A DNA stretch of 64,000 nucleotides from an uncultured virus (IMG/VR IMGVR_UViG_3300021093_000048) (Duplodnaviria; Heunggongvirae; Uroviricota; Caudoviricetes). Location: the IMG/VR virus record IMGVR_UViG_3300021093_000048, one strand, 5' to 3'. This document shows, piece by piece, positions 61,601-64,000 of this stretch. The translations under genes and the position numbers were made by a program. Under the pieces are notes generated by a model. The model saw only the letters and a list, made by a program, of their open reading frames with translations, did not search any database and was not told the DNA's origin. Position 1 is the first letter of the stretch; each line of letters opens with the position of its first letter.

Positions 61601-62960
61601 AAATTAATGGTGCTGTTGTATACCCAGATCCACCACTAATAATTGATATTGAATTCTCGTTTATTACTCCGTTTGTAACTGTAACCGCACCAATTTCTGC
61701 ACCAGTTGGTTGCTCAAAGGTAATTCTTGGAATGAATGTATATCCACTTCCAGAAGAAATTATATTAATCGAAGTGACAGTGCCGTCCTCAACCACCGCC
61801 TCAATAACAGGTGCTTTACTTCCATCTATAGTTGGAAGATCAACTTTAACCTTTGGTGGATTATTATCACGATAACCTTTACCACCATTAATTAATTTAA
61901 TTGATTTAATACCATTTACTAGTGATGTAACTGATGCACCACTACTACCAGCAGCACCCTTTACAGAAACTTTTGGTGGATATTCAAATCTATATTGAGA
62001 TCCAGAATTTTTAACGACAACATCTACGAGCTCTCCATCATCATTTACACGGGAGAATCCAATTGCACCAGATCCAAAAGTGGGAATAGGAGCCTCAATT
62101 GCAAAAATATTTAAATCATTACCAACTAAAGGAATAAATGAAAACGTTATTTGATCTCCATCTAAAGTGTAATCTTCTCTTGGGACTAATACACTACCAT
62201 TATAAAATATTAGTAAATATTCATCAATAATTGGAGTATAATTTACTCCTTGATTTTTTAATACAAATGTGCTTTTAATTACACTAAACTGAGATGTAAT
62301 ATCATCCAACTCAAAAATGGTGTTGTCTGAAAATCCTCTTAAATATACAATAGATGTTGATGTTGGATCATCATATTGAGTTTTTTCTGCTGGTGCTACT
62401 GTAAAAACAATATCATTTCCATCAATAGTATAATCTACTTCTGGCACCAATACTCTACCATATAGTGTTACTAACAGGTGCGCTGCAGATGGTACACTTA
62501 TTGGTGAGTTTTGTAGTTTTAAGGTAAATCTTTCCTCCTCACCATCAAACAATTCAATAGGATTAAATAAGTTTATCCACTTTAGCTTTACTTGTCCATA
62601 GTTTACACCAGGGCTCAGTGCAATGCTTGGGGATTGCACTGATTTCTCATAAAAAATTACTTCATTGCCAATTAAAATACTTCCATTCGTTTCTAAGAAT
62701 CCATCTACGTTTTCAACAACAAGAGTATCCGACTGAGAAGTAATACTTTCAACAAGAATTGTTGATCCATCTAAAATATTAACGTTTAAATCATCAATAT
62801 TCAATATATCAAGAAACTGATTTAAAATATTCTGACCTAAACCAGATTTTTCTTGAGATTTATAGTAATACTCAAGAAATTTTTCAAACAATGGAAAATT
62901 TTCTTGAAAATACTCAGGTACAAGCGTCTTGATTGATTGGGAAACTTTATTAATTGACAT
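43614..62960 (-). CDS. gp7: Giant multidomain baseplate wedge initiator gp7 (6448 aa)
   Basis: Follows gp6. gp7-like core motifs (PEY.....P.F..FLEYYY; IK.FY..KGT..SI.YLFKLLYG; QDSYYYQDFSY.I.S......W...V...VHPA.FK.FG) are spread among many inserted domains. Confidence 0.85.
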   Translation of the reverse strand: MSINKVSQSIKTLVPEYFQENFPLFEKFLEYYYKSQEKSGLGQNILNQFLDILNIDDLNVNILDGSTILVESITSQSDTLVVENVDGFLETNGSILIGNEVIFYEKSVQSPSIALSPGVNYGQVKLKWINLFNPIELFDGEEERFTLKLQNSPISVPSAAHLLVTLYGRVLVPEVDYTIDGNDIVFTVAPAEKTQYDDPTSTSIVYLRGFSDNTIFELDDITSQFSVIKSTFVLKNQGVNYTPIIDEYLLIFYNGSVLVPREDYTLDGDQITFSFIPLVGNDLNIFAIEAPIPTFGSGAIGFSRVNDDGELVDVVVKNSGSQYRFEYPPKVSVKGAAGSSGASVTSLVNGIKSIKLINGGKGYRDNNPPKVKVDLPTIDGSKAPVIEAVVEDGTVTSINIISSGSGYTFIPRITFEQPTGAEIGAVTVTNGVINENSISIISGGSGYTTAPLIYIAPPTGLNGIQAKINAVLNDNGEVSQLVLVNAGQGYEVAPRVAVIQPTGAQVLYSTVDAAGRLIDIEILDGGSGYDDVPSVYIVDDRVDPVTGQYIGGVGAKASAVIFNGQITDINITNFGEGYSSSLPPKVIIQSPPPALASADIGDGEVTGFEVVRNGSGYQKCKFEGCARAASGLLKYTEEGNAVFSGSTSASEHLSGSSITCLDSVFVRKILDKYSEQYLPDVPKLDFANIDVRNAIRTIKTFYSTKGTSLSISYLFKLLYGVNATVSYPRDQIIKPSAATWSVGTVLRATLESGDPINIKDSTVQQFADIADTNVRYATALVENYLAIQTSEEPLYELVLSAGSIQGSFVVPYKTKLAEPITEDTNIITVDSTIGWPERNGEFVINGNEIVRYKEKSLNQFIECTRGSSKTTPQNWDSATEIISNFKIYLNYGTAQEVVLNIVGIVDAQQTKLTDTGSYYFPGDKLAVSKLGGTADIPQLKTWIYNVKKIVKATNLTFGGVNNRFATVTCDVSHGLLVGDQVTIYGANPTIYNGTFEVTSRDSDTVFQYQLPQPATLNPQGTILISVDLNKGKSLTTSINTAISPYTTNVQNAFFNTDYVYVASTGIPNYNIGPFVGSALLPGNQRKLNRFSLVTQTRSTKNATLPGSIATLINGVSVWSYKSAETKKYGFVKQILIENSGSGYDAGNPPVLTISDGGGSGATAKVIVDGSLTAVKVDNQGNGYTSSPLVSIVGGGGSGASATAIITKGKVSNILINNGGSGYTSKPEISIVGGGGSGATGTAVVRGPIKSVLVTDGGEDYTADPNVTLSSGVGAAAQPIISNGRIVSIAVISGGVGYTTAPEVTIQGEGFGAVARAVIDLDGENAGKVTSIVILNKGIGYKSGTTLINLTSIGQNAVFDAQLSEWTFNLEKTTTYDSARGSIFTGYNTQYGGEYAHVSNPQRLRYILGDNLFIVNDEIQEKTEQLEHSPILGWAFDGNPIYGPYAFSDPTSTTSPISRMRSSYALKSNVIYDSIINPYPARVQGPSLDEYPVGDFVEDYEYNFASGDLDQYNGRFCKTPDFPNGQYCYFITIDASADGNPVFPYIIGPNYNSLVDEWNLSASAIQQNIPTGVVRYRDPYENVDIDVERTPNASQNSITLENGDILRFEIEDENRDGIISPDETSDPDEILEEAPLQIFDYFPKVKFDSKVDIEVETTTKFEDASVTGFTVENPGQNYQVNDILIFDNTGTNGNGASARISRIGGEKVEAYTYEILDDKIYGTITTTVPHTLLSGDKIYVDYSPIMDNTNKTFVVRQFKGIEEIVVTQNGSGYNEDIPSVITVSGDGKSGSVESVVDSLGAISQVNITNSGNSYTSNPRLLISHPQIFKKAQYWVSRASGGQSKIKINDVIVTTSKQVYICGSSVDSNGNTIGFFSKLTADGAEEYSKTLNSNLPVGVPTNLEFKKMVVDNGNIWIVGQNSPNSSSLSVYNPDIILVKYTEAVDGLSASLSFQKAYAGISGSTRSDNITSLVKISTNRFAIGGFTNTNSTSAFDAFIGVIDTAGSFVTKRKLASATGSEKLTSMQLVDGSLFFTLETSTTSSSTNTNLSLGKVTVLSTSIEVVWIKEQSNANYAFTDINLTSDEYGELYVVATCRLKATPSITDSFWVGKYDQSGNQIWNYRYTTGSNSTKVATKSSVDIFGDLHFAYSAVNTSAETLPVGANTNYSGEIYGGNVKIKYDGTLLTHTKERFIPSTSGSNIEGFYPITIETDNSGDNYVFGQSYINRNEFVYDFNGAPVIGDATGNTAYDKTNHYTPTLVGTGSGANQALIFGSGYATIRGYTTTIATTVTAYIKHLGSALGSKLAGDWTFDMLVHKPSSIQHSSNTNITLFAIGDATTTTGGLWLGYDISTGKLKLTVTNNVTALTAASGSLESSQTNMWFNDRWQFIGLRKSGNVFTAYVNGIEVMTGTVQSTSLGNKDVYIGNQPGWGGVAGAFTADRQGRFHVDFIRLRSYAVIPSVPSDCITLPATQNFPLTYDWVDDAWFSNNLDRYDYVESYGSGIKSDKDQDLVRLVTNDFQDNTTFTLQRETVSSSASTLTISSAGYTLGNAGLQILDFSEATTLYVSDLTNINYVSDIWSFRNATVPSPGSQKLKAEAIVKNRYYFKVTNTKKIDNIQKLTINQAFNFTVGAKLVLKNTSGNFVNSGYIVKVDKTLNQVYLAVNNNSWLNDLNTGRLSTERFDEQTTFGIRGPVVSDTNIFDYYVFSEVTNTTPGTFVINLSNYGTPSPVGGIDNLDEYATFQPYSATAIYQVRINSISGTSPYIPGSVISLTNSNISFNAAYNILTITGLTAVTNITLTTNLNKILQVTAVSNTDQVYVITTNSHYLSEGSQIYVDGNPSQTVSNVVYDEYDGSFAVDKIISKKEFTYKLPSVAITSPSTIPNDVSIFIKSPNLKMYYGHQYIFDMSHSSLLGANLSFSKDSLNKLEYSFNSIERIGTPGIVLSGSPPSVKLKVDKEYITNISYYFDPSRSGDDSPISSGAFLDIGNSPYIGPFDVVSTSGGNITTGDNAMTFILKSEPEGVAIPEQTSYSTDSTRAVGPIANIRLVSGGGFYQRLPIVTGIESTRKIERVEIEDPGTEYANGTYDNVPIQGDGEGGLVTIIVDNTTDEEANIIPGQIVDVTVSSPGKNYTTAFIDVDGIPGILGTGLTGSGAVLNVVIPPIGTGASIFTKGSSVGKIKKLKNNNFGFDYTHDYTLRPEITFPVNAQLINTSVLSSIRVTNPGNGYSQPPAVIITGGGGSGAIAESTIRNGRLEQIYIKDPGSGYSSEPTVELKSSFNYIINLDLGLLQFAFPHGIVNGAPVTLNVVDIGDGAEFPLAAGSIGRLNGTTTYYAISGVENSLEDDQLQLALTESNAELGDAITFVNAGLGRQQLLTTSFGGSAEATVETSTFLEGELVYQGPSFATATATGYVSTNGGWQIGPRLLKITDRNGDFVVNEKITGVISKSSGTIAELNIAKGVLEIGAITKTSGQFIDDIGKPSEIVQRVQDSYYYQDFSYAIDSSILINDWKDPVIKNVHPASFKVFGQLSLNENSYIANRETDFSLTKSVELAREAIVPNIQDFTLVEPIYQDFNNTEVLFRQRRLTSSEQILTSTVQRLDDISPLFDGERISFPLTVDGQQVIANENQLMVILNGIAQTPGTSFEIQSNSIVFAQPPAPPAKVQYAVAEIEQIDTIKLTFNNVSGFYPLVGNTITGSLAGPPKLVVTLVEGNDVYGYMTQGNFTIGEFVTAGSTGFAGNIATKADIDNIGLYIFGETIRNLQGKTAKVEEVNLATGSDTPIAELRFSIGIGTTTFEVVQTDGSGPVGAATFVSGKNYQIGSELIKVTDVSQGSQSTTITVQRAQSGTTAVNYNEATPIYGTEIQVTNELVISKTTGTYQSTPGLFDIKVNDVIVAAGSKVVSRVLALSVYKVKDTNESIPSVTISDGSAFFAFLFNRITSANYPNTIIDDLSKSIVSLVDFNDNQTPFNAKFPSTEFISNNVLLTNNQTGNFEDEEFIRNYLISFRGQSGNFTSSDVAEIRKLSCKNFEGSGFFSPGQIIRSENSKAEVIGFNKPRGIVYLGKMGRSTSIGADFHTVVFNGNAKLSTIQKKFGTTSLRLDGDMDYLSISNTTEFDFVNYTLEAWIHLPDIPAEEYSMVFATTGANQYWGIRNVSGTLYLTSYTNTTVNEQTTGTGVSVGQWTHVAWSRSGNTIKSFINGNLVHTGTSAGVTDATGLNIGYSASYANQYEINAYIDEVRVSDTTRYTANFTPATGIFQGDTNTKLLLHLDGANNQTYTEDWSGVATWSKGNDFSNDSIRATVLANPTTIPTGFAGKTFRYLDAANLLLDNKEFMAREIVYRLENSSPFSPFSVPTGSQSCVDDVIDIVEELARDLRNGGNSYMWDASALYVNRTVTPVTLRHVAGEEAQTLWVYNYLIGVCQDVINNVFISVIGNHGLTQVTNATLTDSNNTITQLTPTNASYNPATGLLILTVSSHGLTTSNYISIDPESLTFTCTSDGNYRQLKHPRVSDTRAYNRVLPIVSTTVNTFTVNVGVSPADAQFTHTFVSAAANSVNVLNYSTTDCTDVKDTIANLLDILIDTITIAQTPNVTYPTGDYLGSLTRVAPVYEYLGAYVDAYYSVPFDIDQVNNVDDYIVTRRIDTASRNRFYDAANLIRYNREAIVDKTAYDMLQKYPELALTMPGNEDGDGSGTERCKTDLGLLLDAVAKDIQYGGNFNTVTGVKFYIKNNGEIQHVRLQLLQSLYAHERLGYYAKQAVIGDLTSANTDQPIIQPWGITVDAGDCQNVRDAIDTLISLANDILAPTGDRYRDAGNLLYFNKNYIAEEAVEILEKDFTYTLSTTNYLAFTYPLGGKARCQVDIKLIIDSIITDLITGGNANTVESINFYVTQNGGIEHVEDQLLATLYAFEKVKFLGSKAVNNLLYNKNASVTGDQYAALYTTQNAYRDNTITDSNGNGNYTQADCNDVVSAYQNLWDTLIDALSPSRDDGIYGGRILLFNKNYFKEEIKANVDTQFGAGTWTPNDTTFINQIADDIIHDITLTDTSTTNSTTAQPISLLREGVISVISLTNVGAGYQSTPTIQISDPGAGGIAATATANLSNGGKLTSIVINSAGSNFNYAPELIFIGAGTSGWGGSTVRNPVGGGISAVRYDGLVFDFRSTNTASYTLGAGCATVTNGTGSGTTGNFNAGKSYVKFGAGAGANTATINTPYDMTAYDTIRVYAIAGNNTNGGEAPAAAGQNLTLLYSIDNGATYVTHDTIIFGGDAGTSGINGQNQNYTNFATLNYVDIPIRTAAKTSSTRWRVQRSAGGTATDNYGLYRIGFIDTEAVFPTGVGYDFALTQNDTSTTSVDPTITINTTVFVESITITNRGKGYDPNNPPTVTFTGGNPTTGALGTATVVYNTTRFTAGSPVTNGAGGSATVLEDTGDVVYLGPTTGTAMAVGQTLTQGSVTAVIPTGGVGAAFKWFTNIANIQSINTAKNLTNLVESETFSTNLVTNSEFYNATSWVSTNNTILNNNSLAPDGTNTAISFKPTSTNGVHEVYRQYNITSFETYDSNGVRFDNETLRYDNGPNSTTTTQQFTISYFVKANGYGRLRLSYRVDTAATPSLRLDVNVSTGVVENFFTNSTFSNVSHAMLPYGNGWYRIYITASIPYGYSNIRAHIAFKNPAGSLSFAGNTTSGFFIWGSKININAVDGYQAVSGQKLFVNKEYNIKKYALTLLEDLSLNTLLQNLPSPSTFAGFLSYTNAGWLSYYDSYSIHRIVRNCISIIVNQLSDSDYYTNINSISGIDVPNSTYGIRDITVPLGGEVVGGDNVYALSANNYAEIGAISLNEAKIAKVYQRFRIDGDIEDGPFTMNEIVRKQGATSTVFGVVYGFHTDDNDISYIDVISTGTLPFTIGSILVGDENGTTCSMDQIENRLHIIELLGDFEDGQIFEGYTSNATAQVVNLNRNEAAALDNTGGRIEVDTESLVGEFEKTAVVYAENTRLYIDTAYISGTSIEVGDRIISNGHNRIGINITGTLNEFAEGGIIYKLTNGVQDINNTALITEVDLINNYLYIYPINGSLSNGDTIVYYGLQNFAIGQASISTVVVNPATGSALVENIITIGTSQRLFLSNVIGEITLRDGIIARNYVAGILDRIEVKGRVKRATRGFDGVQTTFDLTFGNGEQYFPDPAGHLLIFINGTLQPPGATNAFTAFSDKIQFTEPPSLGSSFTGFYVGKLRQLDDISSEFDSLRQSFNLKRNGIFYSLTLTEGIQSTSIKPENNIIVSVNGVIQEPGVGFEIVGSRIIFTEIPRVGSTFVAFSYVGSEADVDAAEVVPPIEAGDFISIQGETTDREVAVIESSNSLITFDYLGSIFGKGAQATCNLTSGYISNATITAGGSGYTSRPTVRIDSITGFEAEIKALVGVSGISVVESGTGYQNPSVVIETLVDDDWVSPDPNDYPPEIR

Positions 62961-62965
62961 TTATT

Positions 62966-64000
62966 TCAAAAACAAGAGATGCCAGCAATGTCGCCATTAT
63001 TTGCAATATCTGGAATTACGATGGTTGGTGGTGTGATCTCAAAATCACTTGGCGTAAGACTATTTAGTGGGATACTGGAAGGTAATGTTGTTCCAATTGG
63101 ATTAATTGAGATGACTGGAACAATCATATCAAAAACAGTAGACGGAGTTGGGGTAATGATAACAGAATTGTTAGACGGAATAATTTGTACTGCAATTTGA
63201 ATCTGTCCAATACTAGAAGTTGCGGTAACACTTGTATCAACAACACCATCATTTACAGGTAAAATATTATTGCCAGCACCTATAATACTAACTGGACCAA
63301 AACAAATTTGACCAGTTTTATAATCAACAGTGCCACCTTTATCATTCGTTACTATTTTACGATTTCCACTGCTGTAATAAACGATTAGATTACCATATCC
63401 ATCATCTTCAAAATATTGATCCGTATCTGGTCTATCTAAAGTCCTAAATCTAGATGATCTTATAACTGGCTCTTTTTTACAAGCAGCTGCATCACCTGTA
63501 TTAGATCCACCAGGGGCACTATCATAAATTGGCGATCCAGTACTGACACAATATGTGTTTGTTTGTGCAGGATCTGGTTTAACATACTTTACAAGACTAA
63601 TCTGTGTTGAAATATCAGCTATACATCTATCGGAGTTAGAAACTGCTTTTTGTAATTTAGCTAAGCTAAATTGACCATTAAAGTTATTAATGCCAGTTTG
63701 AGAAGCCCATTGAGTAATTGCATTTTGTGCGTTGGCACCGATAGCAGAAACACTTCTGCTTGAGCACGCAGGGTCGTAAGTAATGAATATTTTACTATTG
63801 ATGAAAATTGAATCTGCATCAACTACTACTGGTTGAATTGATGCAATCGCATATGGTTTTAAATCATTTGCTATTTGTAATTTAGTAGCAGAGTTTAACT
63901 TGGATCCAGTTTTTGTCTTAATTGCAATAAACACTTTTCCATAAATCGCTGGATATAAACTATCTCCACCAAATGCAACTACAGTTTTTGTATTTGGATA
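62966..64000 (-). CDS. gp6: Baseplate wedge subunit gp6 (5' part lies outside the window)
   Basis: The frame is open to the window edge: YPNTKTVVAFGGDSLYPAIYGKVFIAIK, later YFEDDGYGNL and GTVDYKTGQI. Confidence 0.9.
   Translation of the reverse strand, partial: YPNTKTVVAFGGDSLYPAIYGKVFIAIKTKTGSKLNSATKLQIANDLKPYAIASIQPVVVDADSIFINSKIFITYDPACSSRSVSAIGANAQNAITQWASQTGINNFNGQFSLAKLQKAVSNSDRCIADISTQISLVKYVKPDPAQTNTYCVSTGSPIYDSAPGGSNTGDAAACKKEPVIRSSRFRTLDRPDTDQYFEDDGYGNLIVYYSSGNRKIVTNDKGGTVDYKTGQICFGPVSIIGAGNNILPVNDGVVDTSVTATSSIGQIQIAVQIIPSNNSVIITPTPSTVFDMIVPVISINPIGTTLPSSIPLNSLTPSDFEITPPTIVIPDIANNGDIAGISCF

Overview
This window is 64 kb of a T4-like myovirus, most likely a cyanophage (Kyanoviridae-type), judged from gene content, gene order and a DUF3110-like gene. 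All real genes are on the minus strand. Read right to left in the direction of transcription, it holds: the 3' part of baseplate wedge gp6; a giant 6448-aa gp7; a gp9/gp10-like protein; a 1398-aa YHYH-domain protein; gp8; a VrlC/DUF4815-type 2441-aa virion protein; a 1844-aa fibre; neck and tail-completion genes gp13-14-15; terminase gp16; an accessory island; gp17, gp18, gp19, gp20; a prohead core gene; gp21, gp22, gp23, gp3; uvsY and uvsW; late sigma factor gp55; and gp47/gp46. T4-type late promoters (NNTAAATA), sigma70-like early promoters and intrinsic terminators are readable between genes. I saw no tRNA, intron, intein, CRISPR array or reverse transcriptase. Four observations stand out. 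(1) gp7 contains three tandem helical repeats that look by eye like phycobiliprotein globin folds and keep equivalents of both bilin-attachment cysteines. (2) A 518-aa ORF in the gp16-gp17 island looks like a prohead-protease-processed polyprotein of small basic or Cys-rich modules. (3) Two baseplate-region proteins carry intact cupredoxin-type copper-ligand sets. (4) A palindromic, bidirectional sigma70 promoter lies in front of gp55. All family assignments come from motif recognition and synteny; no database search was run.
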